The position numbers and the translations under genes are program-made. Below, piece by piece: positions 28,591-36,753 of a DNA stretch of 64,000 nucleotides; position 1 is the first letter of the stretch, and the number at the start of each line of letters is the position of its first letter. The notes under the pieces were generated by a model, which saw only the letters and a program-made list of their open reading frames with translations, was not told where the DNA came from and ran no database searches. The stretch is taken from sequence record phage_1; one strand, 5' to 3'.

Positions 28591-28623
28591 ACGAATCGTC
28601 CACTCCGTATAGGAGGTAAGTCC

Positions 28624-29223
28624 ATGAAAAAGATTTATAAAATTGCGGTAATCGGTTCTCGGAAGACTGATGAAGATACCATGTCTGAAATGTACATGCG
28701 ATTGTTACGTGGGTTTAATGCGCTGCACGCCAAAGATTACACGATTCATTTTTCTTCTGGCGGCTGCTGGTGTGGTCCAGACCAATTGCAATTCCGATTT
28801 GCCCGACAGTGGGCGAATACAATCGACCAAGATACCGGCAAGAAAGTGGTGTGGGATGATGAGTTCATTTGTTACCTACCCGATGAGAAAAAGCTCTGGC
28901 TCAAGAAACAGAATCCCAACGTAGAGTTCCGTGTAATCCCTCAGGATGACCGCTATCGTGAGATAGTAGGTAAGCTTCATCCCGCCCCACAAAAGCTCCA
29001 GGAGTTCGCCTGGGCGCTTCATGGCCGTAATCTGAATATAATTATGGGCGATGATTTAGCAACGCCTGTAGACGCAGTTTATTACTCTGCGCCTTTAGAT
29101 AAACAAGGTAATCCGACCGGCGGTACTGCCATGGGCGTGAAATACGCTAAGCAGTGTGGTATTCCTTGTTACCACCATGCGCTTGAAGGACATCTGTGGC
29201 TTGAGAGCTTGTGCTTATTATGA
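28624..29223 (+). CDS. SLOG/DprA-like (YspA-type) Rossmann-fold protein
   Basis: IAVIGSRKT, SGGCWCGPD, HGRNLNII, GGTAMGV match SLOG/DprA motifs. Confidence 0.7.
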   Translation: MKKIYKIAVIGSRKTDEDTMSEMYMRLLRGFNALHAKDYTIHFSSGGCWCGPDQLQFRFARQWANTIDQDTGKKVVWDDEFICYLPDEKKLWLKKQNPNVEFRVIPQDDRYREIVGKLHPAPQKLQEFAWALHGRNLNIIMGDDLATPVDAVYYSAPLDKQGNPTGGTAMGVKYAKQCGIPCYHHALEGHLWLESLCLL

Positions 29224-29253
29224 CCACGTTGCCTTTAATCAGAGGTCGCTATT

Positions 29254-29526
29254 ATGCAAACTACCAGTTTAGCTNGTCGTTTGTGGGAAGCATTNTTCCC
29301 TACNCCGNCAAAACCCATTAAGAAGGTGACTAGCCTTCGCTTGTTCCCAGGCACCGAGGATGAGTTCTTCGATTACCTGGAACNCCNCGGTTTTGATTCG
29401 AAAGTCNCACCACAAGAAAATGACCCAATTCAGACAGTTTACACCACGCCGGATACGGGAGAGATATTTGCCTTGTGTGTTCGATGGCCACATCGCAACT
29501 ACTACTATACTTTGACGCAGATGTAA
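29254..29526 (+). CDS. Hypothetical protein
   Basis: 90 aa, RBS GAGG. Confidence 0.5.
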   Translation: MQTTSLAXRLWEAXFPXPXKPIKKVTSLRLFPGTEDEFFDYLEXXGFDSKVXPQENDPIQTVYTTPDTGEIFALCVRWPHRNYYYTLTQM

Positions 29527-29536
29527 GGAGCAGGGG

Positions 29537-30670
29537 ATGTCGACGCTCGATTTAGATTTAGAAGTCCTGACTGACGACTACGATCGCCTGGTCGCACTCG
29601 AAGGTCTGGGAGTTAAGCCCGACTTCCCTGCGGTTTGCGCGATCCGTCAGCGTTGGTGCTTAACCGACGACGGTGAAGATATGTTGGTTGCTCGTGAATC
29701 GCGCGAAGCGANGGAGCGTGCTCAGTTTATGACTGATACTGACCCGCGGGCTGGCATCCATCGCGCAGCAGGGCGCATTACTGCGAAAGCTGTTAAAGGT
29801 ACTGGAAAGTTAGTGGGTGCTGGACTAGGTGCAACCGCAAAGGGCGCGGGTAAACTTTCGAAAAAGCTCGCATTACGCTTTTACGATTTCGCGGAAGCGC
29901 TAGCGAAAGAACAAGCCGACCGTTTGAAAGAAATAACTTCGAAAGCTGCTTTCATGGAACGTAAGCTCAATAAGCTTAAAACGCGAATGTCGCTGCTAGA
30001 TGACCACAAAACACTCGCTGCGGTCGACGTTCACACGAGTAGCTGGACGTCTAAAATTTGCTTTGAAGATCGACCCGATTTTGAAGCGTGTGTTAAGTTT
30101 TCTAAACAAACAAACGCGTACGAAGGCGTCGTGCAAAAGTACACGGTTTACACACGCACCGCTCTGAAGAAAAGCAAAGCATTCGAAGGGCCGGGCTTAA
30201 AACAAATCAGCAAGTCCACGAACTGGGCAGTTAAGCGTGCTGCTGGGTTGCTTGGCATCATCGATCCCTTTAAAAAGGTGGAAGCTTTTCCTGTCCCTGG
30301 AAATATCGTTGTGGTTGAGCACCATAGTGGTAAAGTCAGTTGGGCAATTGCGCGTGACGGTGAGTATGGTGAAACCATTAAATCGCTGGATATGCATCAG
30401 TGTGGGAAAGCATTAGAGGCTGTGGAAGCACTTATCAAATCTATTGCTGCACGTGGAACAAAGAACCGTGTTGTGGGCTACACCGGCATTTACGAAGAAG
30501 TGGAAGCGATGAAGTCCGAGCTTAAGAACCTAGAAGGGGATGAGCTGAAGGAGGCCACGTTACGTTACCGTAATGCAATGGCGATGGAAGACGCTTTCAC
30601 CACGGCATTGGTACGTGTGGCGGAGGGTCTAATGGAATGGACGAAGCAATCGCTGGCCGAGGTGAACTGA
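29537..30670 (+). CDS. Putative internal head protein with protease-removed propeptide
   Basis: Acidic N-terminus with A-L-E and A-R-E motifs then helical domain, typical of phiKZ-like inner head proteins. Confidence 0.55.
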   Translation: MSTLDLDLEVLTDDYDRLVALEGLGVKPDFPAVCAIRQRWCLTDDGEDMLVARESREAXERAQFMTDTDPRAGIHRAAGRITAKAVKGTGKLVGAGLGATAKGAGKLSKKLALRFYDFAEALAKEQADRLKEITSKAAFMERKLNKLKTRMSLLDDHKTLAAVDVHTSSWTSKICFEDRPDFEACVKFSKQTNAYEGVVQKYTVYTRTALKKSKAFEGPGLKQISKSTNWAVKRAAGLLGIIDPFKKVEAFPVPGNIVVVEHHSGKVSWAIARDGEYGETIKSLDMHQCGKALEAVEALIKSIAARGTKNRVVGYTGIYEEVEAMKSELKNLEGDELKEATLRYRNAMAMEDAFTTALVRVAEGLMEWTKQSLAEVN

Positions 30671-31131
30671 TGAAGATTATTACCATAGTGGGGCCAGACA
30701 CGGCTAACGGCAGGAAATATTCCACAGATATCCTCGCGCTTTATAACGAGCTGGACAAAAGCGAAATAGAAAGCTATCGAAAAGAGACGGGTATTAATGT
30801 CCGTTTTACGCCGGCTAAATCGTTAGCCGAGCGCTTCCGGGGTCGTTTACTGGCGGTCGTGGACGACGGTGTCTTGTATGGCTTTGCGCAATACCGCACG
30901 ATGACTGAAGAGGGTGTGACGATGATGTCGGTATCCTCACTGGTCGTTAGCAGCAGCGCACGTGGTAAAGGTTACGGCACCGCGTTGATGGATGCGGTAA
31001 AGAAATCCGCAACGGAAAAAGGGTGTACAGTTGTTCACCTGTCCGTGAACGCCGGTAACGCTGCCGCGAAGTCGCTCTACGACAAAGCTGGCTTTAAGGT
31101 AGGTGCTTACCAGATGTATTGGAGGGTGTGA
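30670..31131 (+). CDS. GNAT family acetyltransferase
   Basis: VSSLVVSSSARGKGYGTALM; NAAAKSLYDKAGF; start revised to TGATG overlap at 30670. Confidence 0.85.
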   Translation: MKIITIVGPDTANGRKYSTDILALYNELDKSEIESYRKETGINVRFTPAKSLAERFRGRLLAVVDDGVLYGFAQYRTMTEEGVTMMSVSSLVVSSSARGKGYGTALMDAVKKSATEKGCTVVHLSVNAGNAAAKSLYDKAGFKVGAYQMYWRV

Positions 31132-31595
31132 TGAAAATTGTTTTTGTCACCAAGCCCAACTCTCCGTATGGAAAGAAATACTACGCGGACTTGTTAGGAC
31201 TACACAACAAGTTATACGACGATCAGAAAATAAAACTTGCCGACTTAAACGGTCGTGAAGGGTTTAATCAAATCTCAAAACTGGAGGAGGTTTGGGGTGA
31301 AGGTACGCTGTGCGCTTGCGCCGTTGATGACCGTGGTGTGGCTGTTGGTTTCATCACCTTTGGCTACACCAAAAAGGGACAACGTTTCCTCTGGGTATAT
31401 AACTTTTTTGTAGATGAATCGGTTCGTTCACAAGGCGTTGGCCATGAACTGATCGAAGCCGTAGAGAACTATGGCAAATCAAAAGGCTGCGCATGGATGC
31501 AGCTTAACGTGCTCGGTAATAACGACCGTGCTATTGCGTTTTATGAACGTTTCGGATTCCGAACTGAATACCAGGATATGGTAAAGGAGCTTTAA
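31131..31595 (+). CDS. GNAT family acetyltransferase (paralog of previous)
   Basis: FVDESVRSQGVGHELI; NDRAIAFYERFGF; start revised to TGATG overlap at 31131. Confidence 0.85.
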   Translation: MKIVFVTKPNSPYGKKYYADLLGLHNKLYDDQKIKLADLNGREGFNQISKLEEVWGEGTLCACAVDDRGVAVGFITFGYTKKGQRFLWVYNFFVDESVRSQGVGHELIEAVENYGKSKGCAWMQLNVLGNNDRAIAFYERFGFRTEYQDMVKEL

Positions 31596-31596
31596 C

Positions 31597-32205
31597 ATGG
31601 TGGCTGTCCGCAGCGTGCCACATCAGACTGGCTCGCGATATACTTTTTGTGTAAAGCGTTTCGGGGCAAGAAATCGCCCTGGTTGGAAGGTGGTACGTGC
31701 GATGGGACAGTTCTGGCAATTACCACCTGGCACGTTAAAATATTTTTCAGTAGACAGAATAACCCGGTTCTTAAACGCGGCTGACCCAAGTCAACGCTCC
31801 AGTTTTATGGCAGGGATCGTTTGTCGTCCCGATGGGAAAACACGCGATGCAACCACTCGTGGAATCTACTGGACAGGACAGAACGCGTTTCAGGTTGGCT
31901 TACCTTGCCTGAAGTGTGAAGTGACACCGTTTAATGGTCCCTACGCCGATGCGCACTTCACCGGTATCTTTGTGTCGTTCCCAGACGACCCGTCTTTAAA
32001 CTACTTTTTATCAGTGGACAAAGACGTCAGTATTGATACCTTTTACAAATACTTGTTGTTTTACAGCCGGTATATCCGCGTGACTCCTGTGCATGAAGAT
32101 TGGTATTATAAAAATCCCTTGAACTATGGGAGGGACAGGAGACTAGAAGGATGTTCTATCGAGAGCTTCAACTCTGTACCGCAGCGCTCCATGGCGCTAA
32201 TGTGA
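31597..32205 (+). CDS. Hypothetical protein
   Basis: 202 aa, RBS AAGGAG. Confidence 0.55.
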   Translation: MVAVRSVPHQTGSRYTFCVKRFGARNRPGWKVVRAMGQFWQLPPGTLKYFSVDRITRFLNAADPSQRSSFMAGIVCRPDGKTRDATTRGIYWTGQNAFQVGLPCLKCEVTPFNGPYADAHFTGIFVSFPDDPSLNYFLSVDKDVSIDTFYKYLLFYSRYIRVTPVHEDWYYKNPLNYGRDRRLEGCSIESFNSVPQRSMALM

Positions 32206-32522
32206 GCAAGAACGGGGACCTGGAAGACGTCGCGCAAGCCTTACGGGCTGTGTCGGAGGTTGACCAGGTCGACATCGACGCTAAGTATTTAGGCGGCGGT
32301 GTAAAGCGTATTCAGTTGACCGTGCGAGCCAAACATGGCAGCTGCTCGTTACATTTTCGAGTCAGTGCGGATTATTTCCTGGTACTGCGCTCCACATTCA
32401 GTCACGATGGTCGGACTCACCGGGTTCGGTGGATGCACGACATTACTAAATTTGGCTACCCGCTTGCAGAACAACGTAAAGTCGTACATGACTTTATGGC
32501 TGCAGTCGTTGCGGGGTTTTAA
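32151..32522 (+). CDS. Hypothetical protein
   Basis: 123 aa, RBS AAGGA. Confidence 0.5.
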   Translation: MFYRELQLCTAALHGANVSKNGDLEDVAQALRAVSEVDQVDIDAKYLGGGVKRIQLTVRAKHGSCSLHFRVSADYFLVLRSTFSHDGRTHRVRWMHDITKFGYPLAEQRKVVHDFMAAVVAGF

Positions 32523-32531
32523 GGGGAGACT

Positions 32532-33131
32532 GTGATGTCTGAGATGATTCTCGATTCGCTGTTTTTGATTACGGTTGCAAACATCAATAAAAACGGCAAT
32601 CTTCCAGAATACGTAGACATAAGTCGTCATGGCTTTAAGCGTCGTTATCAAATCGGTAAGGTACTAGAGATTGCCTGCTTAGTAACGAACATGCGTAGAC
32701 CGGTGGAAGGCTGTAGCGTTAAACATGCACAGATGATACTCGGGCGTGCTATTTCAGAAGTACGTCGTAAGCGTCGTCGTGCACCGTATCGCTTTTATCC
32801 TAACTCCACCAAACAGGTGGTCGGTGAGGGGGAAGGTGTGGTTGATTTGCGTGAGGCCAGTTGTAATGTAGGCGGTATTGCACGTGACTGGTTAATGAGC
32901 ATTATCAGTAAGCATCCACGTACACCTACGCCGCAAGAAGGACAGGCGGTACTCGCACTTATGCGTAAGACCCATTTGGTGATTACTGATACACCAAACC
33001 AGGCAGCACGAATGCAGCACTATTTGGCATGTCGTGGCTTCACCACACTTGCAGTACCTTCTGAATACACAGCTGATATTAAACTTCCGCCAGTCCCAGA
33101 TTGGTCTGAACCGACAGTTGATCATCAGTGA
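32532..33131 (+). CDS. Hypothetical protein
   Basis: 199 aa, RBS GGGAG. Confidence 0.55.
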   Translation: MMSEMILDSLFLITVANINKNGNLPEYVDISRHGFKRRYQIGKVLEIACLVTNMRRPVEGCSVKHAQMILGRAISEVRRKRRRAPYRFYPNSTKQVVGEGEGVVDLREASCNVGGIARDWLMSIISKHPRTPTPQEGQAVLALMRKTHLVITDTPNQAARMQHYLACRGFTTLAVPSEYTADIKLPPVPDWSEPTVDHQ

Positions 33132-33136
33132 GTTAT

Positions 33137-33174
33137 ACCCACTCCTTCGGGAGTGGGTCGACTCTATTTTTTTT
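33137..33174 (+). terminator. Rho-independent terminator
   Basis: ACCCACTCC-TTCG-GGAGTGGGT plus T tract. Confidence 0.8.
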
Positions 33175-33217
33175 GGATAGATGTTATCTTAGGGAGACGT
33201 GCAAAAATTACGTTTCA
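33172..33217 (+). promoter_or_regulatory. Promoter-like motif, class II, with downstream hairpin
   Basis: TTGGATAGATGTTATCTTAGGGA then GAGACGT/ACGTTTC stem. Confidence 0.6.
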
Positions 33218-33291
33218 TCCTTAGCATATGCTAGAAGCCGTTGTGAGTCGGTTAAAACTCACCAACTTAAACTTAAAAGCGAGTAAACAAA

Positions 33292-34056
33292 ATGTCAAAA
33301 CTCAATAAAGCAGCAACCAAAGAATGGCTTTCCGTACCTACCGCAGATGGTCAGTATCGCTACGTATTCACGTATGACGAAAATGACCTGACGGCAAAAG
33401 GTATTCCGCACATGTTAAGTCACAAACTGATTAACAGCGTGACCGGTGCCACCTTAGTAGGTTCCGGCGGAAGGACAATCTTTTGTGCCCCCAGTTGGGA
33501 TCAAACTGAACTGACCAAGAAAATGCTCGGTGAACTCCGGGCGGTTTCCGCACGTCTGTTCTTTAAGCTGATTGCCAGAAAACCGGCGCTATGGGATGCA
33601 TGGTCTCAACACAATCTCGAGGCATTGCGTGGGGAGTGTCTGAATTACGTATTGGTCGAAGAAGTGATTGATAACTTCTTCGCTAACGTGATGAAAACCG
33701 AACGACTGCGTAAGCCGAACACCGACGGTTATTCGTTTGTCTCCGTTAAGAGCAGCGAACTGATTCGGGGTGAGTTTGCAGGGCATGTCCTTTCGGTAAC
33801 TCGGAACCTGAGTTTCTTTGGCCAGCCTTTCAGTGAGCCAGTTGTTCAGGTAACTTATGATTTCCGTTTACCGTTTACTGTTCGGAATGAGTTTGACCCA
33901 GGTCAAGTTTCGTTGAAGTTTTTATATCCTCTCCAGTCATGGCCGTTATTGAAGAGGTTCTTAGCTGAGCCCCGTGTAGCTGCGGTGCTGCAAGCGTGGA
34001 TTGATTCATGGCCAGAAGGCATTGAGGAAAAATCGAAAACGCGAGTTGACTTCTAA
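33292..34056 (+). CDS. Hypothetical protein
   Basis: 254 aa, between promoter motif and terminator. Confidence 0.6.
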   Translation: MSKLNKAATKEWLSVPTADGQYRYVFTYDENDLTAKGIPHMLSHKLINSVTGATLVGSGGRTIFCAPSWDQTELTKKMLGELRAVSARLFFKLIARKPALWDAWSQHNLEALRGECLNYVLVEEVIDNFFANVMKTERLRKPNTDGYSFVSVKSSELIRGEFAGHVLSVTRNLSFFGQPFSEPVVQVTYDFRLPFTVRNEFDPGQVSLKFLYPLQSWPLLKRFLAEPRVAAVLQAWIDSWPEGIEEKSKTRVDF

Positions 34057-34062
34057 GTAAGC

Positions 34063-34097
34063 TAGGCACTCTTCGGAGTGCCTATTATTTTTTTTCT
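34063..34097 (+). terminator. Rho-independent terminator
   Basis: TAGGCACTC-TTCG-GAGTGCCTA plus T tract. Confidence 0.8.
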
Positions 34098-34159
34098 TTA
34101 CGTATGCTCGCTATATTGTGACACCACTACAATTAATTAAACTTTTGGGGAAGAATAAA

Positions 34160-34783
34160 ATGTTAAACTCAGTGGCGCTGGATGGTCCAGATTTTTCTGG
34201 CAAATCAACACTCGCGAAAATGATTCAAGCGATGTTGCGCTCCGCTGGCGTTAATGTCATCATCGTCAATCACCCGACGAATACCACTGAAGCCGGTATT
34301 AGTGCACGTTCTCTGGTTATCCAGCACGCTTCTAACGAACGCATTGCTAAAGCGATGTGTCTGGATTTCCAATACACGATGGATTTCGTTGTACCAGAGC
34401 ACGATGTCGTTATTTTTGACCGTTTTTGTCAATCGACTATTGTCTACCAGGGCGTCGATGGTAAAGGGGAAGTTTTCCGTTCGCGGGTATTAGACCACAT
34501 TAACGCACCAAAGCTTTACGTGGCAACCGATGTATCTTACGAAACCGCCACAGAACGCTTTAAGAAGCGCGTAGAGGCACAAGGTAAGAACTGGGATGAT
34601 GAGGTACTGACAGCGAAGTATCTGCGCTCACAGACCGATTGGGACGCCTTACGCGACCATTACCGTTTTGCTTTCCACATCACCACAGATGGCGGCGATA
34701 AGTTCCCGCTGATGCGTGTTACGGCTGACGACGATATAGCCTTACAAGCCGCCCGTATCGTTGAACGTATTCTGGCAGGTTAG
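34160..34783 (+). CDS. tmk: Thymidylate kinase
   Basis: P-loop LDGPDFSGKST, NHP, DRFCQSTIVYQG; start revised to ATG 34160. Confidence 0.85.
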   Translation: MLNSVALDGPDFSGKSTLAKMIQAMLRSAGVNVIIVNHPTNTTEAGISARSLVIQHASNERIAKAMCLDFQYTMDFVVPEHDVVIFDRFCQSTIVYQGVDGKGEVFRSRVLDHINAPKLYVATDVSYETATERFKKRVEAQGKNWDDEVLTAKYLRSQTDWDALRDHYRFAFHITTDGGDKFPLMRVTADDDIALQAARIVERILAG

Positions 34784-34788
34784 TTGTA

Positions 34789-34827
34789 CCCCTCTTACCT
34801 TCGGGTAAGAGGGCATTGTCTTTTTTT
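34789..34827 (+). terminator. Rho-independent terminator
   Basis: CCCTCTTACC-TTCG-GGTAAGAGGG; same core as 7776-7800. Confidence 0.75.
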
Positions 34828-34871
34828 ACAGATCAGAACAGTCCTATGCTTTTTGCTTCCAGTCCACTAAA

Positions 34872-34940
34872 TTTCAGATATATATTACTTAGGTGAGAGT
34901 TGCTCGTAAACTCTCTAATCGACTATTAATCTAAAAGGAG
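34872..34940 (+). promoter_or_regulatory. Early promoter + hairpin + leader cassette, copy 2
   Basis: TTTCAGATATATATTACTTAGGTGA; GAGAGTT/AACTCTC hairpin; AATCGACTATTAATCTAAAAGGAG. Confidence 0.75.
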
Positions 34941-34947
34941 TATTCTA

Positions 34948-35313
34948 ATGCGTTTTAAACATCAAACCGTTGTGTTGGCAAAGAAAGCATTTCTGGTTCG
35001 TCTCTCTTACATTATTNCTCGTGTCACTGCGAAGGATGTTACGCAGAAAGACATTGCATTGTTGGTAGGCNGNTNNCCNNCACAAANNTNTGNGNTTAAA
35101 AATGAACGCGAGAAAGCCGTGACTATCGAAACTCTGATGCGTGTTGCCGATACACTGCGCCTGAATTACGAAATCGTTTACCGTTCCATCAACGGCAAAT
35201 GCCGCCATAGCTTCAAAATTGAATCCTGCATCGACTACATGAATAACTGTCCTATCCGGGTACGAGAAACAGGACTTAAAGTCATGGCACGTAAACCTTC
35301 TGCAGTGATGTAG
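34948..35313 (+). CDS. XRE-family helix-turn-helix protein
   Basis: VTQKDIALLVG...KNEREKAVTIETLMRVADTL matches the XRE/Cro HTH pattern. Confidence 0.75.
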   Translation: MRFKHQTVVLAKKAFLVRLSYIIXRVTAKDVTQKDIALLVGXXXXQXXXXKNEREKAVTIETLMRVADTLRLNYEIVYRSINGKCRHSFKIESCIDYMNNCPIRVRETGLKVMARKPSAVM

Positions 35314-35324
35314 GGAGCAAACGT

Positions 35325-35711
35325 ATGAATTGGTATGTGAGCGGTATCACCCGTCGTGTAATGACGGAAGAGGATGATCGATGTAAACATCTTAAAGTGG
35401 GGTCTATAGCTCCACGTTATACGGCAGAGTGCGACCCATGGGGCCGCGAAACGTATTACATGTGCGAGAACTGCTGGGAAAAANTGCNGGNNNAAATNGN
35501 NGNTGAAGAAGTGGTNTGCGNCGATTGCAAAGGTACCTTCCCGAAACGGGATACTGTTGNGNGGAAATGGCACGACTTTGACCCCAGTCAAGGGGATAAA
35601 GAACTTTGTATCTGTAATAACTGCGTGTCTTTACCGACACATTTAAACCGTGTAGAGAATGACCGTCGGGCATTTGAACACGACTTTCCAGAAGCAGCTT
35701 TCTGGGATTAA
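35325..35711 (+). CDS. Cys-rich putative zinc-binding protein
   Basis: CENC, CxDC and CNNC motifs. Confidence 0.6.
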   Translation: MNWYVSGITRRVMTEEDDRCKHLKVGSIAPRYTAECDPWGRETYYMCENCWEKXXXXXXXEEVXCXDCKGTFPKRDTVXXKWHDFDPSQGDKELCICNNCVSLPTHLNRVENDRRAFEHDFPEAAFWD

Positions 35712-36243
35712 CTAGTATAACCCTTAAGGAGTATATCATGGCGAAGGCCCCTAAAACTGTAGCAAAAGATTCAATGGCAAGCAACGCGATTAAAGCCACA
35801 AAAACGCGTACTACCGAATTTCCACGTTCACCTACCATTCCTAAACCGGATGTAATTGTACCAATCAGTGAACGTCTGAAAACGATTCACATCGAACGTG
35901 AATTTCCGATTGACCTTGGTCAGGAAATCGTTGCGGTTAATCTTGGTAGTGATGTCCGCTTTACTATCTACAAGGGATTAACTAGTGTAAACCTTAAGGA
36001 GTATATCATGGCGAAGGCCCCTAAAACTGTAGCAAAAGATTCAACGGCAAGCACCGCGACTAAATCTGCAAAAACGTCTACTACAGAATTTCCACGTTCA
36101 CCTACCATTCCCAAACCGGATGTAATTGTACCAATCAGTGAACGTCTGAAAACAATTCACATCGAGCGCGAATATCCGATTGACCTTGGTCAGGAAATCG
36201 TTGCGGTTAACCTTGGTAGCGACGTACGCTTTACCATCTATAA
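35704..36243 (+). repeat. 270-bp direct tandem duplication (35704-35973 / 35974-36243)
   Basis: Both units begin GGGATTAACTAGTRTAAMCCTTAAGGAGTATATCATGGCGAAGGCCCCTAAAACTG; ATGs at 35738 and 36008. Confidence 0.95.
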
Positions 36244-36664
36244 AGGCGCGCATCTGAACAACATGGTGCTAACCCGTGGTGATGAAGTTATCGGTCTGTC
36301 TCGTTACGACACGCAAATCGAAAACATCTATCCGGTGTTTGCAGTAGCGATGTTGCGTTTGTTCATGCAGGATAAAGCCGACCTTTGTGGTCAGCTTGCG
36401 GGTATGGCGGATCGTGTTGGTCATATTCTGCCGACGCTGGTGAAACTGTACCCAGTTACGATTGACGTGGCGTTTACTACTGTAGACAACAACCACGGTT
36501 ATATCGTGCTGACCAAAGACGGTAAAGTTATCGCTGGTAATCTGACTGATAACGAAGTGCAGAAGCATATGGACAAATTTGCGTTCATGGTGAATCGCTT
36601 GGCGCACGTCAGTGTCAAACATTCTGAAACTTGGACGACGCTTGTCTCCAAACCTGAACTGTAA
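35738..36664 (+). CDS. Hypothetical protein with duplicated N-terminal domain and second in-frame start
   Basis: 308 aa; MAKAPKTVAKDS...DVRFTIYKG present twice. Confidence 0.75.
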   Translation: MAKAPKTVAKDSMASNAIKATKTRTTEFPRSPTIPKPDVIVPISERLKTIHIEREFPIDLGQEIVAVNLGSDVRFTIYKGLTSVNLKEYIMAKAPKTVAKDSTASTATKSAKTSTTEFPRSPTIPKPDVIVPISERLKTIHIEREYPIDLGQEIVAVNLGSDVRFTIYKGAHLNNMVLTRGDEVIGLSRYDTQIENIYPVFAVAMLRLFMQDKADLCGQLAGMADRVGHILPTLVKLYPVTIDVAFTTVDNNHGYIVLTKDGKVIAGNLTDNEVQKHMDKFAFMVNRLAHVSVKHSETWTTLVSKPEL

Positions 36665-36667
36665 TCA

Positions 36668-36705
36668 TTAAGGGGTCTTCGGACCCCTTAATTTTTTGTC
36701 TTTTT
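36668..36705 (+). terminator. Rho-independent terminator
   Basis: TTAAGGGGTC-TTCG-GACCCCTTAA plus T tract. Confidence 0.8.
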
Positions 36706-36753
36706 ACGCGTTATCCTCATGTTGTGACAGCATTACCTTTTGAGGGCATTACA

